DNA of 64,000 nt from an uncultured Candidatus Saccharibacteria bacterium (GTDB lineage Bacteria; Patescibacteriota; Minisyncoccia; UBA6257), in NCBI GenBank assembly GCA_964479005.1, contig CAYZJA010000002.1:161278-225277 (forward strand), written 5' to 3'. The first letter of the stretch is position 1. Every line of letters begins with the position of its first letter. A program made the position numbers and the translations under genes. Shown one piece after another: positions 57,553-64,000 of the stretch. Under the pieces are notes generated by a model that saw only the letters and a program-made list of their open reading frames with translations, did no database searches and was not told where the DNA came from.

Positions 57553-59646
57553 ATGAATAAATTGGAAGTTAAAAAGAGGGTTGAGAAGCTTAGGGAGGCA
57601 ATACGAAGATACCGTTATGCTTATCATGTTTTAAACCAATCAATAATTTCAGATGAAGCGTTAGATTCTTTAAAAAAAGAATTATTTGATTTAGAACAGC
57701 AATATCCAGAATTTATTACTCCTGATTCTCCCACTCAAAGAGTAGGTGGAAAGCCATTAAAGAATTTTAAAAAAACGGAACATAAAGTTCCGATGTTTTC
57801 ATTAAATGATGCTTTTAGTGAAGAAGATATGTATGATTGGCATGAAAGGATAAAAAAACTTCTTCCATCTTCAGCTAAAATAGATTTTTATTGCGAGTAT
57901 AAATTTGATGGTTTGGCGATTTCTTTAGAATACAAGGACAGAATTTTAAAAATTGGTTCAACTCGAGGAAATGGGAAGGTAGGTGAGGATGTAACGCAAA
58001 ATCTTAAAACCATTAATGCTATTCCTTTGCGCTTATTAAAAAACGAAGAGATTATTGACAATTTAATTCAAGCAGGAATGGAAAAAATAGCTAAACGCTT
58101 GGAAAAAGATTTTCCTCGCAATTTAGAAGTGAGAGGAGAAGTGCTTTTGGATAAAAAAGAATTTGAGCGAATTAACAAAGAGCGAATAAAACAAGGATTT
58201 TCCCCTTATGCTAATCCTCGTAATGTCGCCGCTGGTTCAATACGGCAGTTAGACGCAAAAATTACATCAAGCCGCCGTTTGGATTCTTATATCTATGAAT
58301 TAGTAACAGATTTAGGTCAGGAAACACATGAACAAGCGCATTTAATTTTAAAAGCATTTGGTTTTAAGACTCATAATGACAATAAAAAAGTTGATTCTTT
58401 AGAAGAGATTTTTTCTATTCATAAACAAATAAAAAAACAAAGGGACAATTTGTCCTATGAAATTGATGGAGTAGTTGTTATAGTAAATAACAATGAGTAT
58501 TTTGAAAAATTAGGAGTAGTTGGCAAAGCTCCACGTGGCGCAATAGCTTATAAATTTCCTTCTAAAGAAGCCATAACAATGATAGAGGATATTATTATTC
58601 AAGTAGGGAGAACAGGTGTTTTAACTCCAGTAGCGATTTTGAAACCAGTTCAAATAAGCGGGGTAACTGTTACTCGCGCTACTCTTCATAATAAAGAAGA
58701 AATAAAAAGATTGGGAATAAAAATAGGCGATACTGTGATAGTAAATCGGGCTGGTGATGTTATTCCCCAGGTTGTGAAAGTTCTAAAGGATTTACGGACT
58801 GGAGAGGAAAAGGGTTTTCAGATGCCTAAAAAATGTCCGGTTTGTGGATATTCTACTAAAGAAGACGATGGTGGAATTTTAGTTCGTTGTCCTAACAAAA
58901 ATTGTTCTGCTCGTTCTCAGAAAAGACTCTATCATTTTATTGGAAAAGGGGCATTTGATATTAAGAGTATTGGTCCAAAATTGATTGATAGATTTTTGGA
59001 TGAAGGGCTAATTCAAGATGCTGCTGATTTATTTGATTTAAAAGAAGGGGATATTGTTCCATTGGAAAGATACGGGGAAAAATCTAGCCAGAATATTATT
59101 TCTGCAATTCAAGCAAATAAAAATATATTATTAAACCGGTTTTTGTTTGCTTTAGGCATTCTTCATATTGGAGAAGAAACAGCATTGCTTTTAGCTAAAT
59201 ATTTTCAAAGAAGACTTCATCCAGGTAAAGTTTCAATCCACAATTTAATCAAAATCGGTTCTAATTTAGAACAAGAAGAATTAGAAAGAATTCCTTCTAT
59301 TGGTCCCAAAGTAGGGCAGGCAGTATATGAGTGGTTTAATAATAAAAAGAATATTAAGTTTCTTAAAAACTTTGAACAAAAAAACATAAAATTGTTACCC
59401 ATAGCTATTCCAAAAGAAAAGAGAAAATTAAAAGATTTGGTTTTTGTAATTACCGGGGTTTTAAAATCAATGTCTCGCGAGCAAGCAAAAGAGAAAATAG
59501 TAGATCAAGGCGGTAAAGTGAACAAAGCTCTTTCCTCAAAGACAGATTATCTAATTGCAGGAGAAAACCCAGGCACTAAGTATGGCAAGGCAAAAAGATT
59601 AGGGATAATGGTTATCAATGAAAAGGAATTTCTAAAAATGATTTAA
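57553..59646 (+). CDS. ligA: NAD-dependent DNA ligase
   Basis: Adenylation motif (CEYKFDGLAIS), OB fold, Cys4 zinc finger (CPVCG…CPNKNC), HhH and BRCT domains. Confidence 0.95.
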   Translation: MNKLEVKKRVEKLREAIRRYRYAYHVLNQSIISDEALDSLKKELFDLEQQYPEFITPDSPTQRVGGKPLKNFKKTEHKVPMFSLNDAFSEEDMYDWHERIKKLLPSSAKIDFYCEYKFDGLAISLEYKDRILKIGSTRGNGKVGEDVTQNLKTINAIPLRLLKNEEIIDNLIQAGMEKIAKRLEKDFPRNLEVRGEVLLDKKEFERINKERIKQGFSPYANPRNVAAGSIRQLDAKITSSRRLDSYIYELVTDLGQETHEQAHLILKAFGFKTHNDNKKVDSLEEIFSIHKQIKKQRDNLSYEIDGVVVIVNNNEYFEKLGVVGKAPRGAIAYKFPSKEAITMIEDIIIQVGRTGVLTPVAILKPVQISGVTVTRATLHNKEEIKRLGIKIGDTVIVNRAGDVIPQVVKVLKDLRTGEEKGFQMPKKCPVCGYSTKEDDGGILVRCPNKNCSARSQKRLYHFIGKGAFDIKSIGPKLIDRFLDEGLIQDAADLFDLKEGDIVPLERYGEKSSQNIISAIQANKNILLNRFLFALGILHIGEETALLLAKYFQRRLHPGKVSIHNLIKIGSNLEQEELERIPSIGPKVGQAVYEWFNNKKNIKFLKNFEQKNIKLLPIAIPKEKRKLKDLVFVITGVLKSMSREQAKEKIVDQGGKVNKALSSKTDYLIAGENPGTKYGKAKRLGIMVINEKEFLKMI

Positions 59647-59760
59647 AATTTTAAAACTTGAAACTTGTAACTTGAAACCCAAGAATTTATTTTTTAAACT
59701 TGCGTTATATCAAACTTCTAGTTTGTTATAAGTTATAAGCTACAGGTTACAAGAATAATT

Positions 59761-60045
59761 ATGGATTTTACAGAAATAGATCATTTACTAAAATTAGCAA
59801 GAATAGAATTATCTTCTCAAGAAAAAGAGAGGATTGCTTTAGACCTTGAGAATATTTTAGATTATGTAAAACAATTGCAAAAAGTAAATACTGATGGTGT
59901 GGAACCAATGACAGGCGGTACTTTACTTGAAAATATTTGTCGCGAAGACAAAATTGATAAACAAAAGCAAGATATAAGTAAAGAATTAAAAAAATCAGCT
60001 CCTTCTTTGAAGGATGATCATTTTAAAATACCACCAATATTTTAA
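59761..60045 (+). CDS. gatC: Glu/Asp-tRNA amidotransferase subunit C
   Basis: …IDHLLKLARIELSSQEKERIALDLENILDYVKQL…. Confidence 0.85.
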   Translation: MDFTEIDHLLKLARIELSSQEKERIALDLENILDYVKQLQKVNTDGVEPMTGGTLLENICREDKIDKQKQDISKELKKSAPSLKDDHFKIPPIF

Positions 60046-60049
60046 AATT

Positions 60050-61465
60050 ATGATTAAAGAACTTCATAACAAGTTAATAAATCGCGAAATTACTGCTGCT
60101 GAATTAATCAGTGGTTATTTTCAAGTAATTAATAAAAAAGACAGTGGGATTAAAGCATTTTTGACTTTGACTAAAGACAAGGCATTACAACAAGCAGAAA
60201 AAATAGATGAGAAGATTAAGAAAGGAAAGAAAATTAATATTTTAGAAGGGATTCCTTACGCAGTTAAAGATAATATGTTGGTTAATGGAATAAAGGCTAC
60301 TGCAGGTTCAAAGATATTAGAAAATTATACAGCTTCTTTTGACGCGACAGTGATAAAAAAATTAAAAGAACAAGGAGCAATTTTATTAGGAAAAACAAAT
60401 ATGGATGAATTTGCTATGGGATCTTCAACAGAAAATTCAGCTTTTTTTACAACAAAAAATCCATGTGATTTAGAAAGAGTTCCTGGCGGGTCTTCAGGAG
60501 GTTCTGCAGCAGCTGTAGCAAGTAAAATGTCTGTTTTTGCCTTGGGGTCAGATACCGGAGGATCAATTAGGCAACCAGCTAGTTTTTGTGGAGTGGTTGG
60601 ATTTAAACCAAGCTATGGTTCAGTTTCTCGTTACGGGCTTATTGCATTGGCTTCGTCCTTGGACATTATAGGTCCATTAACTCAAAGCGTGGAAGATGCG
60701 GAAATAATTTTCAAAACCATTGCTGGTAAAGACCAAATGGATTCCACTTCTCAAGATATTCCTATGCTTTCAAACAAGTTACAAGTTACAAGTTATAAGT
60801 TACAAGGTTTAAAGTTTGGTTTGCCTAAAGAATATTTTCAAAAAGGGCTGGATGGGAAAATTAAAAAAACTATTGAAGAGGTAATTGAAAAAATTAAATC
60901 TCAAGGGGCGGCAATTAAAGAAGTTAGTTTGCCTTCTACTTCTTATGCTTTGTCTTGTTATTATATAATAATGCCTGCTGAAGCAAGTTCTAATGTAGCC
61001 CGTTTTGATGGTATTCGTTATTCCTCAATTAACAATTATCCTAATTTGCATGATTTATATTTTAAAACCCGGGGAGAAGGGTTTGGAGCAGAAGTGCGCA
61101 GAAGAATAGTTTTGGGAACTTATGTTTTATCAAGCGGATATTATGAAGCTTATTATAAAAAAGCTCAGCAGGTAAGGAGATTAATTGCTGAAGAATTTGA
61201 TAAAGTTTTTCAGGAAGTTGATTTTCTCATTACTCCCACTTCCCCAACGTTTCCTTTCAAGATTGGCGAGAAAATTGATAATCCATTATCAATGTATCTT
61301 TCTGATATTTTTACAGTGGGCGCTAATATTGCTGGTGTGCCAGCAATTAATTTGCCTTGCGGGCAAGCAGACAATTTGCCTATAAATATGCAGATTATTG
61401 GACCATATCTTTCCGATTTTTCATTATTAAATATAACAAAAACAATTAAAGATATTATTTCATAA
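60050..61465 (+). CDS. gatA: Glu/Asp-tRNA amidotransferase subunit A (amidase signature enzyme)
   Basis: Amidase signature GGSSGGSAAAVAS…GSDTGGSIRQPASFCGVVG. The start is moved to MIKELHNK (60050), 4 nt after the gatC stop. Contains an in-frame TTACAAG heptamer-repeat tract at 60775-60807. Confidence 0.9.
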   Translation: MIKELHNKLINREITAAELISGYFQVINKKDSGIKAFLTLTKDKALQQAEKIDEKIKKGKKINILEGIPYAVKDNMLVNGIKATAGSKILENYTASFDATVIKKLKEQGAILLGKTNMDEFAMGSSTENSAFFTTKNPCDLERVPGGSSGGSAAAVASKMSVFALGSDTGGSIRQPASFCGVVGFKPSYGSVSRYGLIALASSLDIIGPLTQSVEDAEIIFKTIAGKDQMDSTSQDIPMLSNKLQVTSYKLQGLKFGLPKEYFQKGLDGKIKKTIEEVIEKIKSQGAAIKEVSLPSTSYALSCYYIIMPAEASSNVARFDGIRYSSINNYPNLHDLYFKTRGEGFGAEVRRRIVLGTYVLSSGYYEAYYKKAQQVRRLIAEEFDKVFQEVDFLITPTSPTFPFKIGEKIDNPLSMYLSDIFTVGANIAGVPAINLPCGQADNLPINMQIIGPYLSDFSLLNITKTIKDIIS

Positions 61466-61956
61466 TGACAGAATCTATTATTGTTTATTTCTTTTATTTT
61501 AAATTCTTTTGCCTTGCAATGTGTTGCTGGCTATTGATCGGAATTATTTATTATTTTTGGAAATTACGCCTTTTTACTAAATGGGTAGAAAGATGGCAAA
61601 ATTGGTGGGGGATTGTTCCTGTTTTTTCTTTATCTGGTAAAAGTCGTAAAGAATGGAAAAAAATTGAGGAACTTTTAAAAGAACCATATCAATCTTCATG
61701 GAAATTAGCAGTACTTAAGGCAGAAGCGATAGCGAAAAAAACATTAAATTTTATGGGGTATGCTGGAGATGATTTTACAAAGATTTTAGATGAATTAAAA
61801 TTGAGAGGATATCAAAATTTGGAAGTTTTGTTTCAGCTCCATAATATTAGAGAAAAGATTATTGGAGACAAAAATTTTTCTTTGAGCCAAAATAGGGCAA
61901 AAGAGATAGTACACATATATAAGAAATTTTGGGATGAATTATTAAATACTCTGTGA
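61465..61956 (+). CDS. Hypothetical membrane-anchored protein
   Basis: 163 aa. N-terminal hydrophobic segment, Trp-rich, no recognisable motif. Confidence 0.4.
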   Translation: MTESIIVYFFYFKFFCLAMCCWLLIGIIYYFWKLRLFTKWVERWQNWWGIVPVFSLSGKSRKEWKKIEELLKEPYQSSWKLAVLKAEAIAKKTLNFMGYAGDDFTKILDELKLRGYQNLEVLFQLHNIREKIIGDKNFSLSQNRAKEIVHIYKKFWDELLNTL

Positions 61957-61959
61957 GGG

Positions 61960-61988
61960 TTGCATTTAACCTACTTTTCTTCTATAAT
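61960..61988 (+). promoter_or_regulatory. Consensus sigma-70 promoter (TTGCAT, 17 nt, TATAAT) driving the tRNA-Met/GIY-YIG/tRNA cluster
   Basis: Perfect -10 and near-perfect -35 with 17-nt spacing. The tRNA starts 10 nt downstream. Confidence 0.65.
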
Positions 61989-61997
61989 AATAAAATC

Positions 61998-62071
61998 CGC
62001 GGGGTGGAGAAGTAGTATCTCACGAGGCCCATAACCTCGAGACGCTGGTGCAATTCCAGCCCCCGCAACCA
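61998..62071 (+). tRNA. tRNA-Met (anticodon CAT), probably the initiator tRNA(fMet): C1 x A72 mismatch, encoded CCA, anticodon loop CCCAUAA (C33)
   Basis: Acceptor CGCGGGG/CCCCGCA with position 1 unpaired (C-A). D stem GAGA/TCTC. Anticodon stem-loop CGAGG-CCCATAA-CCTCG. T stem GCTGG/CCAGC. Ends A-CCA. Confidence 0.75.
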
Positions 62072-62105
62072 CGTTAAACGTGGTTAAGGCACGTTTTACG
62101 TGCCA
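62068..62105 (+). repeat. Tandem palindromic hairpins ACCACG-TTAAA-CGTGGT and GGCACG-TTTTA-CGTGCC overlapping the tRNA-Met CCA end
   Basis: Perfect 6-bp stems. Same family as 9076-9116, 62482-62518 and 63473-63495. Confidence 0.7.
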
Positions 62106-62125
62106 ACCATTTAGCCCCATCGTTT

Positions 62126-62395
62126 ATGTTTTATATTTATATTTTGTACAGCGAAAAAGATAAAAAACTTTATACAGGTTTTGCAGGTGATTTACGAAAA
62201 AGAATAACAAAGCACAAAAAAGGATTTGTGAAAAGCACTAAAGATCGTCGACCATTAAATCTGATTCATTACGAAGCATTTATTAATGAAAGTGATGCTA
62301 AGCGAAGAGAAATATTTTTAAAAAGTGGGTATGGGGAAAAAGAAATTGCTATATTGTTACAAAATTATTTTCAATCAAATTATTGGAATAAATAA
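62126..62395 (+). CDS. Small GIY-YIG nuclease superfamily protein (YhbQ/UPF0213-like)
   Basis: MFYIYILYSEKDKKLYTGFAGDLRKRITKHKKG… (GIY…YTG…R…H). 89 aa, embedded in the tRNA cluster. Confidence 0.7.
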   Translation: MFYIYILYSEKDKKLYTGFAGDLRKRITKHKKGFVKSTKDRRPLNLIHYEAFINESDAKRREIFLKSGYGEKEIAILLQNYFQSNYWNK

Positions 62396-62407
62396 TTAAA
62401 AATATTT

Positions 62408-62481
62408 GCCAGGGTAGCTCAGTCGGTTAGAGCATAGCACTCATAAAGCTAAGGTCGTGGGTTCAATTCCCACCCCTGGCA
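62408..62481 (+). tRNA. tRNA with CAT anticodon and a G1-C72 acceptor: elongator tRNA-Met or lysidine-modified tRNA-Ile2; no encoded CCA
   Basis: Acceptor GCCAGGG/CCCTGGC. D arm GCTC-AGTCGGTTA-GAGC. Anticodon stem-loop TAGCA-CTCATAA-AGCTA (A31 x A39). T arm GTGGG-TTCAATT-CCCAC. Confidence 0.8.
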
Positions 62482-62518
62482 CACCGTTAAACGGTGTTGA
62501 GGCACGTTTGACGTGCCA
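62482..62518 (+). repeat. Tandem palindromic hairpins CACCG-TTAAA-CGGTG and GGCACG-TTTGA-CGTGCC directly after the tRNA discriminator base
   Basis: Perfect stems read directly. Confidence 0.7.
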
Positions 62519-62524
62519 CCCAAA

Positions 62525-62600
62525 GCGGGTGTAGTTCAGTCTGGTTTAGAACGCCTGCCTGTCACGCAGGAGGTCGCCGGTTCAAATCCGGTCGCCCGCG
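62525..62600 (+). tRNA. tRNA-Asp (anticodon GTC), discriminator G
   Basis: Acceptor GCGGGTG/CGCCCGC (one G-U). Anticodon stem-loop CCTGC-CTGTCAC-GCAGG. T arm GCCGG-TTCAAAT-CCGGT. Confidence 0.85.
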
Positions 62601-62613
62601 CTTTATTAATTTT

Positions 62614-62688
62614 GCCCTCGTAGTTCAACGGATAGAACAAGGGACTCCTAAGCCCTAGATACAGGTTCGATTCCTGTCGAGGGCACCA
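62614..62688 (+). tRNA. tRNA-Arg (anticodon CCT) with an encoded CCA
   Basis: Acceptor GCCCTCG/CGAGGGC. D arm GTTC-AACGGATA-GAAC. Anticodon stem-loop AGGGA-CTCCTAA-GCCCT (weak 31-39 pair). T arm ACAGG-TTCGATT-CCTGT. Ends A-CCA. Confidence 0.65.
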
Positions 62689-62741
62689 TTTAAAAGATTT
62701 TTATAAGAAACACTTAACTTAAATTTATATATTATTAAATT

Positions 62742-63095
62742 ATGGAGAAAATAGGAGCAGAACAATTACAACCAAAGAATAATGTAGAAAAGAATAATGT
62801 AGAGAAGAAGGAATCTATGGAAAAGAAAGTATGTTTTGTTTGCGGGAATTGTGAATTTTATACAGATAAAATTGAAGATATTCATCAAGAAACATCAAGG
62901 GGTGTATCCCATGAATGTCCTAATTGTGCTAGTAGTCTCAAACAATGCTCTTTCGAAGAAATGGATGAATTACATTGTAAATTAGAGAAATTACATCGTA
63001 AATTAGAGAAAAAGTATAAGCTTGAATTTTTGGATACAAGCTGTACGATAAGAGAAGATTGTGAAAAGTGTCGCGCATTGAAAAAAGATCAATAG
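62742..63095 (+). CDS. Small Cys-rich zinc-ribbon protein with a Lys/Glu-rich N-terminus
   Basis: Two CxxC pairs (CFVCGNC…CPNC) plus further Cys. 117 aa. Confidence 0.4.
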   Translation: MEKIGAEQLQPKNNVEKNNVEKKESMEKKVCFVCGNCEFYTDKIEDIHQETSRGVSHECPNCASSLKQCSFEEMDELHCKLEKLHRKLEKKYKLEFLDTSCTIREDCEKCRALKKDQ

Positions 63096-63216
63096 TAATT
63101 TAGTTGTAGATATGCGTGGTTTAGCTCCCAGAGCTATTAAAAAATCGTCAGCAAGGCGATTTTTTGTTAGAATATAGATAAATATTTAAAAGGTTGCAAA
63201 AATTCATTTTTTTTCT

Positions 63217-63456
63217 ATGGTAAACAACAAATTAAAAATCGGAGTTTGCGGATTAGTTTGTAGCAAATGCCCAAAATATGTAACAAAAGAATGCCCTGGA
63301 TGTCAGCCAAACGAAGTCTGCCCTCTTCCTGCTTGTGCCAAAGAGAAAGGTTTAGATTATTGTTTTGACTGCAAAGAATTTCCTTGCCAAAAGAACTATA
63401 AAAAAGGACCTATAGTTTCTGAACTTTTAGATCATTGGAAAGGGAAAAAGAAATAA
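63217..63456 (+). CDS. Small Cys-rich protein resembling the DUF3795 family (CGL.C..CP.Y…C.GC…C…C…C.DC.EFPC)
   Basis: 79 aa with 12 Cys spaced CGLVCSKCPKY…CPGC…CPLPAC…YCFDCKEFPC. Confidence 0.45.
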   Translation: MVNNKLKIGVCGLVCSKCPKYVTKECPGCQPNEVCPLPACAKEKGLDYCFDCKEFPCQKNYKKGPIVSELLDHWKGKKK

Positions 63457-63472
63457 GATTATAAAATTCGGT

Positions 63473-63495
63473 TGACCACGTTAAACGTGGTTGAC
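63473..63495. repeat. Fourth copy of the CCACG-TTAAA-CGTGG palindrome, overlapping the -35 region of the 16S promoter
   Basis: GACCACG-TTAAA-CGTGGTTGAC. Perfect palindrome core. Confidence 0.65.
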
Positions 63496-63518
63496 AAACA
63501 GAATTTTTCCTTTATAAT
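63491..63518 (+). promoter_or_regulatory. 16S rRNA promoter (TTGACA, 16 nt, TATAAT). Followed by a 15-bp perfect inverted repeat (63521-63555), the conserved leader box TTTTAATTTCAACGTTCTC (63553-63570) and a boxA-like TGCTCTTTGATAATTTA (63619-63635)
   Basis: Consensus hexamers read directly. The leader box is 18 of 19 identical to the one downstream of 23S promoter P2. boxA resembles E. coli TGCTCTTTAACAATTTA. Confidence 0.6.
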
Positions 63519-63679
63519 TAAAACACGTTTATTTTAAGGTAAATAAACGTGTTTTAATTTCAACGTTCTCGAGCGAAGCGAGAGGTTGTTATAATATCTA
63601 TTACCTTACTTTATAAGGTGCTCTTTGATAATTTAATAGTTAATAAGTTCAATCTTTTCTGGTTATTCCAAGATCTTAA

Positions 63680-64000
63680 ATGAGGATTTGATCCTGGTCC
63701 AGGATGAACGCTAGCGGTGTGGATAAGGCATACAAGTCGTACGATTCCGATTTATCGGAATAGTGGCAAACGGGTTAGTAATACCTTGGTAACTTACCGT
63801 CAAGATGGGGATAGTTCGTTGAAAGACGAAGTAATACCCAATAGTTCCCAATTTTCTATGAAGATTGGGATAAAGGAGCAATCCGCTTGATGATAGACCT
63901 AGGTCCTATCAGCTTGTTGGTGAGGTAACTGCTCACCAAGGCTATGACGGGTAGGGGGTGTGAGAGCATGGCCCCCAACAAGGGCACTGAGACACGGGCC
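63680..64000 (+). rRNA. rrs: 16S ribosomal RNA, 5' portion (continues beyond the window); not linked to the 23S-5S unit
   Basis: GGATTTGATCCTGGTCCAGGATGAACGCTAGCGG…, the 5' end of the 16S. Ends …CACTGAGACACGGGCC (the 315-330 region). Confidence 0.9.

Noticed and set aside
60014-60049. Upstream extension of gatA (MIILKYHQYFKI…)
   Set aside because: It overlaps the gatC C-terminus. The conserved GatA N-terminus starts at MIKELHNK (60050), 4 nt after the gatC stop.

Overview
AT-rich, gene-dense window that looks like a reduced Candidate Phyla Radiation (Patescibacteria-like) chromosome; that placement is my inference from the features, not a database match. Left to right:

- 0-9 kb: CPBP (CAAX) protease, lgt, tRNA-Leu, parAB, a short rel/spoT, topA, dprA.
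- About 8.9-15.0 kb: a displaced internal-transcribed-spacer pair, tRNA-Ile(GAT) and tRNA-Ala(TGC), then an inserted membrane-protein gene, then a 23S-5S rRNA unit with tandem promoters. The 23S is interrupted by two group I introns, each encoding a single-motif LAGLIDADG homing endonuclease, at the L1931 and L2593 (I-CreI) sites.
- About 15.2-18.7 kb: a peptidoglycan-binding repeat protein, an FtsW/RodA-type (SEDS) protein and mltG.
- About 18.8-44.0 kb: a large surface-glycan locus. It holds wecB, a Wzx flippase, the full dTDP-L-rhamnose pathway (rfbACDB), several GT2/GT4 glycosyltransferases, methyltransferases, an N-terminally extended Gfo/Idh/MocA oxidoreductase, a heparinase II/III-like protein, a truncated UbiA next to pgpA, and a WbaP-type priming transferase. 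The locus is visibly mosaic. An alternative sugar module of about 6 kb (pyruvyl transferase, short-chain dehydrogenase/reductase (SDR)-like epimerase, TPP-dependent enzyme) sits between a full mltG and a 5'-truncated second copy of the mltG 3' end, with several pseudogene remnants: rfbB 3' fragment, wecC 5' fragment, methyltransferase fragment and two glycosyltransferase family 2 (GT2) N-terminal stubs.
- About 44.2-51.7 kb: murB, a tandem-repeat Lys/Arg-rich basic protein, hpf-secA, scpAB, a DD-carboxypeptidase and mraY.
- About 51.8-57.5 kb: a type IV pilus cluster (pilT, pilC, a major pilin, pilD, three minor pilins, a PilX-like protein). With dprA this suggests a competence apparatus.
- About 57.5-64.0 kb: ligA, gatCA, a tRNA cluster (initiator-like Met, a second CAT tRNA, Asp, Arg) with an embedded GIY-YIG gene, two small Cys-rich proteins, and the promoter, leader and 5' end of an unlinked 16S rRNA.

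Recurrent small elements are reported individually below: a 'CACGTTAAACGTG'-type hairpin abutting tRNA 3' ends, an 'AATAACAAATAACAA' leader motif, a 'TTACAAG' heptamer repeat and a conserved rRNA leader box. I saw no CRISPR array, transposase or integrase.
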